Shown here in pieces: positions 11,584-22,557 of a stretch of DNA of 64,000 nt. Origin of the DNA: Sandaracinaceae bacterium (GTDB lineage: Bacteria; Myxococcota_A; Polyangia; Polyangiales; Sandaracinaceae); assembly GCA_044220955.1 (NCBI GenBank), contig JBGAQA010000013.1, forward strand, positions 36,674 through 100,673, in the 5' to 3' direction. The notes beneath the pieces are model-generated. The model was given only the letters and a program-made list of their open reading frames with translations. It did not search any database and had not been told where the DNA came from. The translations under genes were made by a program, and so were the position numbers. Position 1 is the stretch's first letter, and each line of letters starts with the position of its first letter.

Positions 11584-12006
11584 TCAGTCGGAGCACACGG
11601 TCCGCGACGTGGTGGCCGTGCAGGAGATCACCGGCATCCCGGAGGCGTCGGTCGTCCGCACGGGAGCATCCGCGCAGGGCGTCTCGGTGAGGGTCGGGCA
11701 CGCGTGGCTGCCGCCGCTCGGGTCGCCGTCGTAGCCGAACATCGAGAACGAGCCGTCGTGCCCGGCGACGTATCGGCGGACCTCGGAGTCGCGCCCGCGA
11801 TCGTGCCAGCCGACCCGGAAGCCGCGACCCGCCGCGATCGCCGCCGCGGCGCAGTCGAGCGCCGGCGAGCGATCCGCACCGAGCGGCACGAGCCCGCAGT
11901 CGCTCGCGCCCTCGCCCGCGCGCGAGCCGATCGCGCCATCGATGTCGCAGAGGCACGCGCAGCCTGCGAGGAGGAGCGCCGACGCGAGCGCCAGCGGAGA
12001 GTGCAT
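11584..12006 (-). CDS. Hypothetical Cys-rich lipoprotein
   Basis: [16 protein letters not shown] lipobox, several Cys. Confidence 0.65.
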   Translation of the reverse strand: MHSPLALASALLLAGCACLCDIDGAIGSRAGEGASDCGLVPLGADRSPALDCAAAAIAAGRGFRVGWHDRGRDSEVRRYVAGHDGSFSMFGYDGDPSGGSHACPTLTETPCADAPVRTTDASGMPVISCTATTSRTVCSD

Positions 12007-12099
12007 CTCGGCGATGGTACTCTCGCTCTCTACCCGTCGTCCTCGCCCCCGCCCGCGCGCAGCGGCTATGCTCCGCGCCTCACTCTCGGAGGCAGCACG

Positions 12100-13335
<1,236 letters not shown>

Positions 13336-13355
13336 ACGCGCTACGCTGCATCCCC

Positions 13356-13613
13356 GTGGCCAAGACGCAGTCGCCCGACACGCACGCAGCGGCCGAGGCG
13401 GTTCACCTCGAGCTGATGCGTCGCGCCGGGCCGGCGCGACGTGCGGCGCTCGCCATCCGCCTCTCCACGTCGACGATCCGCGCGTCGCGGCGGGCGATCG
13501 CGCGACGGCACCCCGAGCTCGACGAGCGTGGCGTGCAGCTGCTCTGGGCCGAGCTGCACTACGGCCCGTCCATCGCGGCCGCACTCCGGAAGCGGCTCGG
13601 ACGCGACGCGTGA
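13356..13613 (+). CDS. Small hypothetical protein (possible antitoxin partner)
   Basis: 85 aa, SPDT..AEAVHLELMRR..P.RR pattern; GTGA overlap with the downstream nucleotidyltransferase-like gene. Confidence 0.7.
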   Translation: MAKTQSPDTHAAAEAVHLELMRRAGPARRAALAIRLSTSTIRASRRAIARRHPELDERGVQLLWAELHYGPSIAAALRKRLGRDA

Positions 13614-14194
13614 CGGACGACCTTCGGGCCGCGCTCGATCCCGTCGCCGACGCGTTCGACGCGGTCGGTGTCGTCTATCGCATCGGCGGGTCCGTCGCGA
13701 GCTCGGCCCTCGGTGTGGCGCGGAGCTCGATCGACGTCGATCTCGTCGCAGACCTCCGGGTCGAGCACGTCGCGCCGCTCGTGCGGCGGCTCGGCGACGC
13801 GTACTACGCCGACGAGTCCATGATCCTCGATGCGATCCGGCTCCGCGACTCGTTCAACCTCATCCACCTCGAGACGATGATGAAGGTGGACGTCTTCGTG
13901 CTGAAGCAGCGCGCGTTCGACCGCGCCGCCTTCGCGCGCGTCGCGCACCAGACGCTCGGAGAAGGGGCGAGCGAGCGGACTTTCCCGCTCACCACGGCCG
14001 AGGACGTCGTGCTCCACAAGCTCGAGTGGTTCCGGCTCGGTGGCGGGGAGTCGCACCGTCAGTGGGAGGACATCTTGGGCGTGCTGAAGCTCCAGGGGAC
14101 GGCGCTCGATCGCGTCCATCTCGATCGCTGGGCCCGCGACATCGGTGTGAGCGACCTGCTCGATCGAGCGCTGTCGGAGGCCGGTCTGGCTTGA
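13610..14194 (+). CDS. Nucleotidyltransferase-like protein (DUF6036-like)
   Basis: YRIGGSVASS..G..RSSIDVDLV; EDVVLHKLEW; QWEDI. Confidence 0.75.
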   Translation: MTDDLRAALDPVADAFDAVGVVYRIGGSVASSALGVARSSIDVDLVADLRVEHVAPLVRRLGDAYYADESMILDAIRLRDSFNLIHLETMMKVDVFVLKQRAFDRAAFARVAHQTLGEGASERTFPLTTAEDVVLHKLEWFRLGGGESHRQWEDILGVLKLQGTALDRVHLDRWARDIGVSDLLDRALSEAGLA

Positions 14195-14228
14195 ATTCCC
14201 GCGCTCTTTCGGGCGATCGTGCCGGCCC

Positions 14229-16442
14229 ATGAGCGCCGCTGCCCCTCCCTCGTCCGACGAAGCCGCCGCCGCCACCGGCGGTCTGACCGACCTCTCGCAG
14301 GTCCCCGAGGATCAGCGCGACGAGGAGTGGGTCAAGCAGTACTACCAGAAGGGCGTTCCGCAGCTGACCTGGCGCGCGGTGATCACCGGCGGGCTGCTCG
14401 GGATGCTGATGAGCCTCGCGAACCTCTACACGACGCTGCACGTCGGGTGGTCGTTCGGCGTCGCCATCACCTCGGGCGTCCTCGCGTTCGCGATCTGGGG
14501 CGTGCTCGGGAGGATCCCCGGCCTCTCGCAGATGACGCTGCTCGAGAACAACTGCATGCAGTCGGCGGCGTCGGCGGCCGGCTACTCGACGGGCGGGACG
14601 CTCGCGACGGCCGTCGGCGCGATGCTCCTGATCGGGGGCGACGAAGATCGCCTCGGCTGGCTCCCGGTCGGCGCGTGGGTCTTTCTCACGGGCTGTCTCG
14701 GCGTCTTCCTCGCGATCCCGATGAAGCGGCAGATGATCAACCAGGAGCAGCTGCCGTTTCCGTCGGGCATCGCCGCCGCCGCCACGCTGCGATCGCTCTA
14801 CGCCAAGGGCCGCGAGTCGGTGCTCGCCGCGCGGGCGCTGATCGGCGCGATGGTGGTGGGCGCGATCCTCGCGTTCGTCCGCGACAAGCTCGCGTGGATC
14901 CCGGGCCTGGTGCCCTTCACGTTCCGCTTCTTCCGCGTGCGCGACACCGACTTCTCGGGCGACATGCTGATGGGCGTCGGGTTCGAGCCGAGCCTGCTGC
15001 TGATCGCGGCGGGCATGATCGTCGGCATCCGCGTGTGCACGTGGATGTTCGTCGGGTCCCTGCTCAACGTGACCGCGCTCATGCCCTACGCGCTCTCGCA
15101 GCCCGACTGGCACGAGGACGGGAAGACGTTCTTCGGACACGTCGAGACGGTCTCGCTCGGAACGACCTTCCCGGCCGGTAACGCCGAGGTGGACGGCGAC
15201 GCGATCGGCGAGGTCGCGGCCCAGCTCAACGCGATCAGCTCGAGCGGCGCGATCGAGCTCCACGCCTTCGCGAACGCGGCCGAGCCCGAGGCCGAGCGCC
15301 TGGCACGCTCCCGGGCGTCAGCGGTCCGCGCCGCGCTCGAGGCGCACGGAGTGAGCTCGGACCGGATCACGATCGCCGAGCCCAGCGTCATCAGCGCGCG
15401 CGACGGCTCGCGGCGCGTCCTCTACTACGCCGGCAGCCGCCCGGTGACGCTCGCGGTGCGGGTCACGCGCTGGAGCCTCTGGTTCGGCACGGCGATGCTC
15501 GTCGCCTCCGGCCTCACGGCCTTCGCGCTCGGCTGGCGCACCATCCTCCGCGCGTTCCAGAAGCTCCGCCAGGCGCGCTCCGGAAAGAAGGAAGAGAGCG
15601 CGATCGACGCGCTCGAGGTCCCGACGAGCTGGTTCGTCTACGGCATGATCCCGATCACGATCGGCCTCGTCGCGCTCTGCTGGCTCTCGCTCCAGATCAA
15701 CCCGATCCTCGGTGTCGTCTCGGTCGCGCTCTCGTTCTTCATCTCGCTCGTCGCGTGCCGCGCCACCGGCGAGACCGACACGACGCCCATCGGCCCGCTC
15801 GGCAAGATCACGCAGTTCATCTATGCCGTGCTCGCCCCCGCCAACACGACGGTGAACCTGATGACCGCCGGCATCACCTCGGGCGCGGCCGGCGCGTCGG
15901 CCGATCTGCTCACCGATCTCAAGAGCGGCTACCTGCTCGGCGCGAACCCGCGCCAGCAGTTCATCGCGCAGGCGAGCGGCGTCATCTTCGGCACGCTCGC
16001 CGTCGTCCCGGCCTGGTACCTGATGGTCCCGGACCGCGCGACGCTCGACGCGATCAACTCGCCGGCGACCAGCATGTGGTACGCGGTCGCGATGGCGCTC
16101 TCGCGCGGCGTCGAGTCGATCCCCGACAGCGCGCGCATGGCGATCGCGGTCGGAGCCGTCCTCGGCATCGTCATCGCGCTGGCCGAGGGCCTCGCGCCGA
16201 AGAACCTGAAGAAGTGGATCCCGAGCTCGATGGGCCTGGGCCTGGCGTTCGTCGTGAACTTCCAGAACTCGTTCTCCTTCTTCATCGGCGCGCTCATCAC
16301 GCTCGTGTGGACCTACGCGCACAAGCAGTCGGCCGAGCGCTACGTGGTGCCCGCCGCCTCGGGCGCGATCGCCGGCGAGTCGATCACCGGCGCCGGCATC
16401 GCGATCTGGGACACCGTCGCCGGGCTCCTCGGCGCTGCGTGA
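14229..16442 (+). CDS. OPT family oligopeptide transporter with an inserted OmpA-like domain
   Basis: QLTWRAV, LENNCMQSAASAAG, EQLPFPSG, GETDTTP, DLKSGYLLGANPRQQ; soluble insert around 15110-15460. Confidence 0.92.
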   Translation: MSAAAPPSSDEAAAATGGLTDLSQVPEDQRDEEWVKQYYQKGVPQLTWRAVITGGLLGMLMSLANLYTTLHVGWSFGVAITSGVLAFAIWGVLGRIPGLSQMTLLENNCMQSAASAAGYSTGGTLATAVGAMLLIGGDEDRLGWLPVGAWVFLTGCLGVFLAIPMKRQMINQEQLPFPSGIAAAATLRSLYAKGRESVLAARALIGAMVVGAILAFVRDKLAWIPGLVPFTFRFFRVRDTDFSGDMLMGVGFEPSLLLIAAGMIVGIRVCTWMFVGSLLNVTALMPYALSQPDWHEDGKTFFGHVETVSLGTTFPAGNAEVDGDAIGEVAAQLNAISSSGAIELHAFANAAEPEAERLARSRASAVRAALEAHGVSSDRITIAEPSVISARDGSRRVLYYAGSRPVTLAVRVTRWSLWFGTAMLVASGLTAFALGWRTILRAFQKLRQARSGKKEESAIDALEVPTSWFVYGMIPITIGLVALCWLSLQINPILGVVSVALSFFISLVACRATGETDTTPIGPLGKITQFIYAVLAPANTTVNLMTAGITSGAAGASADLLTDLKSGYLLGANPRQQFIAQASGVIFGTLAVVPAWYLMVPDRATLDAINSPATSMWYAVAMALSRGVESIPDSARMAIAVGAVLGIVIALAEGLAPKNLKKWIPSSMGLGLAFVVNFQNSFSFFIGALITLVWTYAHKQSAERYVVPAASGAIAGESITGAGIAIWDTVAGLLGAA

Positions 16443-16488
16443 CCCGGCTCGACGATCCGACGTGGGGCGCCTAGAGTCGCCGCCCATC

Positions 16489-17979
16489 ATGGACATCGTC
16501 CTCGTCGCTCCCGAGATCGCGCCCTACGCCAAGACCCTTCCCTCCGCCGAGTCCGTCGCGGCGCTCGCCAAGGCGCTGCGCACGCTCGGCCACAAAGTCA
16601 GCGTGATCTTGCCGCTCTGGGCCTCGATCGACCCCTCGGCGCGGCACCTCGGGCGGCGTCTCACGAAGATCGAGGTCGAGATCGGCGGCGCCGCGACCCG
16701 CCTCTCGTTGCACGAGGGCCGCACCTCGGGCGGTGTGGACCTGCTCTTCCTCGGCAGCGACGACCACTTCCCCGCCGACGTCACGGCGGGCGACGAGGCG
16801 GAAGCGGCGAGCCTGCGCTGGGGCGTGTTCCTCCGCGGTGCGATGGAGCTGCTCCGGCGGCGCGAGAGCCGGCCCGACGTCGTGCACGTGCACGAGTGGC
16901 AGACGGCGCCGCTCGCGCTGATGCTGCGCGAGGACGCGGGGCTCTCGTCGATCCCGCGCGTCCTCTCGGTCTCCGCGATGGACGCGGTCGGCCGCTTCGA
17001 GCGGACGGCGCTGGCGCACTTCGGCATCGCGCCGGGCCTGTTCTCGATCGACGGCGTGGAGTTCTTCGGGAAGTTCTCGGCCCTCAAGGCCGGCCTGGTC
17101 GCGGCGGGTCGCATCGTGACGCCGGGTCCGGCGTTCCTGCGCGGGTTCCTCGAGCGCGGCGGCGGCGGCGGCCTCGAGGGCGTGCTCAAGTCGCGCGAGG
17201 GCGCGCTGGTCGGCATCGTGCCGGGCGTCGACGCGTCCGTCTTCAACTCGGCGACCGACCCACACCTCACCACGCGCTTCGACGCGATGGACGTCGCCGG
17301 CGCAGGCACGTTCGGCAAGATGCGCTGCAAGGCCGCGCTCCAGCAGGAGCTCGGACTGCCTGTGAAGGCCGACGTGCCGCTCGCGGTCGTGCTCGGCAGG
17401 TCTGGGCCGCGCTCGGGGCTCGACCGCCTCGCCGAGATCGTCCCGACGCTCGCGCGCAACGACGTGCAGCTCGCCGTGATCGTCGACGACGCGGGGAGCA
17501 CGGCCACCTCGCGGATCGCCGAGCTCGCGGGCCGCTTCGGCGATCGCATCGCGCTCCGCCTCGGCGCCGGCACGACCGACGACGTCGCGCTCGCGCACCG
17601 CGCGCTCGGCGCGGGCGACCTCGCCATCGTCGCGGCGCTCGAGGATCCGCGGACGACGCTGCAGATGGAGGCGCACCGCTACGCGACGCTCCCGGTCGGG
17701 CGCCGGATCGGCCTCATGGCCGACACCGTCGTCGACTGCGACGCGCAGCTGCGCTCGGGCGACGGCTTCACGTTCGAGGAGGCGACGAGCGAGGCGCTCC
17801 TCGGCGGGATCCAGCGTGCCATCGCGGGCTTCGCGCTCGGGGCGCCGTTTCGCGCCGCGCAGCTCCGCGCGATCGGCGCCGACCACGGCTGGGAGCGCCC
17901 GGCGCGCCTGCACGAGCGGGTGTACCGGCAGGCCGGCGCCGGTGCCGCGAGCACGAGCGCCGAGGCGCCCAGCGCCTGA
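16489..17979 (+). CDS. Glycogen/starch synthase-like GT5 protein, catalytically degenerate
   Basis: VAPEIAPYAKT, PDVVHVHEWQT, GVEFFG..S.LKAG, CKAALQ.ELGL; KTGGL and EPCGL motifs altered. Confidence 0.85.
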   Translation: MDIVLVAPEIAPYAKTLPSAESVAALAKALRTLGHKVSVILPLWASIDPSARHLGRRLTKIEVEIGGAATRLSLHEGRTSGGVDLLFLGSDDHFPADVTAGDEAEAASLRWGVFLRGAMELLRRRESRPDVVHVHEWQTAPLALMLREDAGLSSIPRVLSVSAMDAVGRFERTALAHFGIAPGLFSIDGVEFFGKFSALKAGLVAAGRIVTPGPAFLRGFLERGGGGGLEGVLKSREGALVGIVPGVDASVFNSATDPHLTTRFDAMDVAGAGTFGKMRCKAALQQELGLPVKADVPLAVVLGRSGPRSGLDRLAEIVPTLARNDVQLAVIVDDAGSTATSRIAELAGRFGDRIALRLGAGTTDDVALAHRALGAGDLAIVAALEDPRTTLQMEAHRYATLPVGRRIGLMADTVVDCDAQLRSGDGFTFEEATSEALLGGIQRAIAGFALGAPFRAAQLRAIGADHGWERPARLHERVYRQAGAGAASTSAEAPSA

Positions 17980-18138
17980 TCGAGCGCTCGGCGCGCGAAC
18001 GGCGGCCTCGACTCGAGCTCGCCGAGATCCGGCGCGGCGTGGTCCGCGGCGACCCGCGCTCGCGCGCCCCCGGATGCATGCGTCGGCGGGCCGCGCGGCG
18101 TCGTCCGCTCGGGCCTCGACGTGCCCACGCTGGCGGGC

Positions 18139-19068
18139 TCACGCGAGGAACACGTTCTCGGGAAGTCCGGCGGCGTCCCACGCTGCCGTTCCGGCGACGT
18201 AGAGCAAGAGCTCGCCCGTCCCGAGGTGGGTGAGCGTGATGCAGTCCATGCTGGTGAGGCCGCGGGCGACGCGCGGCGGGTAGAACACGCGCTGGAGCGC
18301 GGGCGCTGCGAGCATCAGCCCCTCGCGCACGCCCAGGATCCCCGAGGCCAGGCCCGTCGCGAGGACGAGCGCGCTGAGCGCGAGCAGCGCGTCCACGATC
18401 CGAAGCGCCGTCCGTGTGCCGTGCACGACGGGGTAGGTGGGGATGCCTTCCTTCCGGTCGCCCTCGAGGTCACGCAGGTCGTAGAGGATCTCGAACGTGA
18501 TCTCGTAGAGGACGAAGAACAGGACGAGCGCGCCGACCGCCGTCCAGCGCATCGAGGGCGCCCACCCGTGCGCGGCGAGCGGGTAGCCGAAGCACGTGAG
18601 GACGAAGAGACAGGCCGACCCGAAGTTCTTGAAGAAGTAGAGCTCCTTGAGCCGCCGCATCCCGCGCGGCGTCGGCACGAGGCGGTAGTTGTAGGCCATC
18701 CCGATCGCCTGCACGGCGAGCCGGAGCGGCGTGATCTCCGGATGGAAGGCGTGCGTCGCGAACGACGCGACGAGCAGGGCGAAGCTCCCCGTCGCGACGG
18801 CGCGGCGCGAGGCGGCCACGCGCTCCGTCCCCTGGATGCCGTTCGCGAGATCCTCGTCGAGGTCGGTCACGCGGTTCAGCAGGTTGATGAGGAACCAGTC
18901 GAGCCCCGCGATCAGCGCGAGCGCGATGGAGCGCTCCCCCGTCATCAGCCACCCGAACACGATCGTCGCGGCCATCGCGATCAGCACGATGTGGTAGCGG
19001 ACGATCGCGAGCGCGTCGGCGAGGAGCGACGTCTTCTTCCCGTTCACGGGCACGGGCACGGTGTACAC
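18139..19068 (-). CDS. UbiA family prenyltransferase
   Basis: NRVTDLDED and YDLRDLEGDRKEGIPT Asp-rich motifs, multiple TM helices. Confidence 0.88.
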   Translation of the reverse strand: MYTVPVPVNGKKTSLLADALAIVRYHIVLIAMAATIVFGWLMTGERSIALALIAGLDWFLINLLNRVTDLDEDLANGIQGTERVAASRRAVATGSFALLVASFATHAFHPEITPLRLAVQAIGMAYNYRLVPTPRGMRRLKELYFFKNFGSACLFVLTCFGYPLAAHGWAPSMRWTAVGALVLFFVLYEITFEILYDLRDLEGDRKEGIPTYPVVHGTRTALRIVDALLALSALVLATGLASGILGVREGLMLAAPALQRVFYPPRVARGLTSMDCITLTHLGTGELLLYVAGTAAWDAAGLPENVFLA

Positions 19069-19101
19069 GAGCCCGCGGCGCGTCGGCTATCCTCGCGACC
19101 C

Positions 19102-20409
19102 ATGCCGCTCGACTTGTCGCGCTTCTCCGAGGCGCTCCGCACCGTGGACCCGGTCGTCACGGAGGGGCGGGTCACCGGCGCGGTGGGCCTCGCGATCCGC
19201 GCAGTCGCCCCGGGGGCACGGCTCGGGGCCATCGCGGAGATCCGGAGCGAGGACCCGCTCGGGCCCAGCGTGCTCGCGGAGGTGGTCGCCTTCGATGGTG
19301 AGATCGTGACGATGCTCCCGCTCGGCGGCGCGCACGGGATCGGGCCCGGCGACCGCGTCGCGATGCACACGCGCGGCCTCACGGTGCGGGCGGGCGACGC
19401 CTTGCTCGGCCGCGTGCTCGACGGGCTCGGCGAGCCCATCGACGGAGGGCCGCCGCTCGAGGGCGAGGACGTGCCGGTGCTCCGATCGCCCCCGAGCCCG
19501 CTCGAGCGGCCTCGCGTGAACCGGATGCTGCCCCTCGGAGTGCGCGTCCTGGACGCGCTCACCCCGATCGGCGAAGGGCAGCGGATCGGCCTGTTCTCGG
19601 GGAGCGGTGTCGGAAAGAGCACGCTGCTCGCGCAGATCGCCCGCCAGGCTGCGGCCGACGTGTTCGTCGTCGGCCTCGTCGGTGAGCGCGGGCGCGAGGT
19701 GGTCGAGTTCCTCGAGGACGGGCTCGGTGACGAAGGCCGCGCGCGCGGCGTGGTGGTCGCGGCGACGAGCGACGCCCCGCCGCTCGTGCGCATGCGGAGC
19801 GCGTTCGTCGCGACCGCCGTCGCCGAGCACTTCCGCGATCGCGGCGCGCGCGTGCTCCTCCTGCTCGACAGCGTGACGCGGTTCGCGCGTGCGGCGCGCG
19901 AGGTCGGGCTCGCGGCAGGTGAGGCGCCAGCGCGGCGTGGGTACCCGCCCAGCGTGTTCGCGCAGCTCCCGCAGCTGCTCGAGCGCAGCGGCACGAGCCC
20001 GCATGGCTCGATCACGGCGATCTACACGGTGCTCGTCGAGGGCAGCGATCTCGAGGAGCCGATCGCGGACGAGGTGCGCGGCATCCTGGACGGGCACGTG
20101 GTGCTCTCTCGCGCGCTCGCGAGCCGCGGCCGCTTCCCGGCGGTCGATCCGCGCGAGTCGCTCTCGCGGCTCGCGCCCCGCGTCGCGGGCCCGGCGCACC
20201 TCGCCGCGGCCGCTCGGCTGCGCGAGCACGTCTCGATCTACGAGGAGAAGCGCGATCTGGTGCTGCTCGGGGCTTACAAGCGCGGCGGCGACGCGGCGCT
20301 CGACCGGGCGCTCGAGCGCCTCGACGCGATCGAGGCGTTTCTGCGGCAGTCGGATCGGGAGCGCGTGGAGCTCGCCGCGACGCTGGAGGCGCTCGCGCGG
20401 GTGGTGTGA
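19102..20409 (+). CDS. FliI/YscN family type III secretion ATPase
   Basis: GQRIGLFSGSGVGKST, GERGREV, LLDSVTRFARA.RE, GYPPSVF, ILDGHVVLSR. Confidence 0.95.
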   Translation: MPLDLSRFSEALRTVDPVVTEGRVTGAVGLAIRAVAPGARLGAIAEIRSEDPLGPSVLAEVVAFDGEIVTMLPLGGAHGIGPGDRVAMHTRGLTVRAGDALLGRVLDGLGEPIDGGPPLEGEDVPVLRSPPSPLERPRVNRMLPLGVRVLDALTPIGEGQRIGLFSGSGVGKSTLLAQIARQAAADVFVVGLVGERGREVVEFLEDGLGDEGRARGVVVAATSDAPPLVRMRSAFVATAVAEHFRDRGARVLLLLDSVTRFARAAREVGLAAGEAPARRGYPPSVFAQLPQLLERSGTSPHGSITAIYTVLVEGSDLEEPIADEVRGILDGHVVLSRALASRGRFPAVDPRESLSRLAPRVAGPAHLAAAARLREHVSIYEEKRDLVLLGAYKRGGDAALDRALERLDAIEAFLRQSDRERVELAATLEALARVV

Positions 20410-20440
20410 TGGGCCAGCGCGCGAGGCGAGGGCGACCTCG

Positions 20441-21223
20441 TCAGCCGCCGAGCTCCACGAGCAGCGCCCCGCTTCCTCCCAGCTCGCTGGGCGCGGTCAC
20501 GAACGCGATCACCCTCGCCGCCGCCGCGCCCTTCGTCAGCGCGCCGATCACCGCATCGCCGAGCACGGGCCCGCCCCGATCGGAGTGCAGTCCTTTTCCG
20601 TGGATGATCCGCACGCGCCTCACGCCGCGCCTGGCGGCGTCCCGAACGAACCTCGCGACGCGGGCCTCGACCTCCGCCTCGCGTGCGCCGTGCAGATCGA
20701 GCGTCGCCTCGCGCGCGGGCGTCGCGTCGGCGAGCCGCTCCAGGGTGCCCCGCGGCGCGCCCGCGCGGACGCCCGCCTGCCAGTCGTCCTCCCGCCGGAC
20801 CTCGAAGCGCAGGCCCTCGGACACGAGCGCCGCCAGCCGCGCGCGGGCCGCGCGCTCGCCCTCGCGCTGCTCCGGCGCGGGAGGTGCAGGCGGCAGCGCG
20901 ATCGCGCTCGCACGCGGGGGCGGCGCACCGGGGCCCGTGCCGAGCCCGCGCACGCCGGCCATCGCGTCGAAGTAGGCCGTGCGCTCGTGCCCGCGCAGAC
21001 CCTCGCTCGGGCGCGCGATCGCCGAGGCCGGCTTCGGCGCCGGCGCGCGCTTCGGGGGCGGGCGCATCGGCACCACGGGCACGGTCGGCGCGGGGATCTT
21101 CGGCTTCGCCGGCGCACCGAGCTTCACGCTCGCGAGCAGCCCCTTCATCGAGGTGCCGACCTTCGGGGGCAGCGGCGGGCGCCCGTCCGGCTCCTCGGCG
21201 CCGGCCTTCTTCTTCTTGCTCAC
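20441..21223 (-). CDS. Smr/MutS2 C-terminal domain protein
   Basis: TLDLHG, VRIIHGKGLHS, GGSGALLV. Confidence 0.9.
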   Translation of the reverse strand: MSKKKKAGAEEPDGRPPLPPKVGTSMKGLLASVKLGAPAKPKIPAPTVPVVPMRPPPKRAPAPKPASAIARPSEGLRGHERTAYFDAMAGVRGLGTGPGAPPPRASAIALPPAPPAPEQREGERAARARLAALVSEGLRFEVRREDDWQAGVRAGAPRGTLERLADATPAREATLDLHGAREAEVEARVARFVRDAARRGVRRVRIIHGKGLHSDRGGPVLGDAVIGALTKGAAAARVIAFVTAPSELGGSGALLVELGG

Positions 21224-21936
21224 CTCGTCTCGCCCTCCTCGTCTCGGAACAGCGTTCGCGCCTGGTCGCCGCGCTGCGCGGCGGCGATCCAGGTGGACAG
21301 ATCGAACGCGAGCAGGCCGGTGCCCTGCGCGGTCATGGCGATCGCGTACCCCTCGAGCCACTGCAGGTCCGGCACCATCTGGTCGGCGATCACGAAGAGC
21401 ATGATGCCACCGAGGATGTAGAAGGCGTCGAGGCCGGCGTTCACCGCGATGGTCGTGGCGGTCGAGTACTGGCTCGCCGCCCAGTCCTCACGTGCCTGGT
21501 CCAGCGCATCGCCGCGCAGCGCGCGGGCGGCCTCGGCGTCTCGGAGCACGTGTCCGTCGAGGTCGAAGAAGATCAAGGAGAAGAGCGCGTTGAGCGCGCC
21601 CCAGATCGCCGTGCCCACGCCGAGCCCGACCCAGCGCTCGTCCTGGTACCCGATCGCCGCCGCCGCCCCGCCGAGCGCGATGGAGGCGCCGCCGAACGCC
21701 AGCAGCACGGTGCCCTCGGTGTTGCGCGCATCGCGGTGCCCGAGCCGCAGCGTCGCGAAGCGATCGGCGCGGGCGGCCCCGGTCGGGTCGGGCGGCATGA
21801 CCGCGATCGTCGCGTGGCTCGGGCCCGGGCCCGGCGGCGGGGCCACGATCCGCGCCGGCACCTCGTGTTGCGCGGACGCGGGAGCCGCGCGCGCGGCGGA
21901 CGCGAGCAGCAGCAGTGCGAGCGCGGTCCGCCTCAT
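21220..21936 (-). CDS. Hypothetical membrane protein with signal peptide
   Basis: MRRTALALLLLASAARA signal peptide followed by about 4 hydrophobic helices. Confidence 0.7.
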   Translation of the reverse strand: MRRTALALLLLASAARAAPASAQHEVPARIVAPPPGPGPSHATIAVMPPDPTGAARADRFATLRLGHRDARNTEGTVLLAFGGASIALGGAAAAIGYQDERWVGLGVGTAIWGALNALFSLIFFDLDGHVLRDAEAARALRGDALDQAREDWAASQYSTATTIAVNAGLDAFYILGGIMLFVIADQMVPDLQWLEGYAIAMTAQGTGLLAFDLSTWIAAAQRGDQARTLFRDEEGETR

Positions 21937-22018
21937 GCGATCGGTCTGGCGCGCCCGCGACGGGACGTCAAACGGCGATTCCTTGACCCTCGCGCTCGCT
22001 CCCACGATCGTCCATGGC

Positions 22019-22516
22019 GTGAGCCACGAGACGCTGCTCGCGCTCGTCCTGCTCGCCGCCCTCGCGCTCGTCCGGGGGCGCGCGTGCTGGCGCTCGCGGC
22101 GCGCTCGGTCGCGGATGGCCCGCGCGCAGGCGGGCGAGCGCGACGCACGCGCGCTGCTCGTGCGTCACGGCTTCGACGTGCTCGCCGAGCAGGCGCGCGG
22201 CTCGCTCGTGCTGCGCGTCGACGGAGCGCGAAGCGAGCACGCGGTCCGCGCCGACTACCTCGTCGCCCGTGGCGGCCGTCGCTTCGTCGCCGAGGTGAAG
22301 ACGGGCGCGCTCGCGCCCTCGCTCGACCACGCCCCGACGCGCCGTCAGATCCTCGAGTACTGCGCGGCGTTCGACGTCGACGGTGCGCTGCTCGTGGATC
22401 CGGAGTCGGGGCGCGTGCGCCACGTCGTCGTCCCGCTCCGCGGTCACCCGGCGCGTTGGCCCTGGCTCGCGCTCGGGCTCGCCGCGCTCGCGCTCGGGCT
22501 CGCCGCGCTCCGATGA
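22019..22516 (+). CDS. Membrane-anchored PD-(D/E)XK nuclease-like protein
   Basis: GE..A..LL...GF, RADYLV, FVAEVKTG, TRRQILEY; hydrophobic N- and C-termini. Confidence 0.7.
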   Translation: MSHETLLALVLLAALALVRGRACWRSRRARSRMARAQAGERDARALLVRHGFDVLAEQARGSLVLRVDGARSEHAVRADYLVARGGRRFVAEVKTGALAPSLDHAPTRRQILEYCAAFDVDGALLVDPESGRVRHVVVPLRGHPARWPWLALGLAALALGLAALR

Positions 22517-22557
22517 CCCCTTGCGCGTCGATCGGCGCCGTCGGATCGTCTCGTCGA

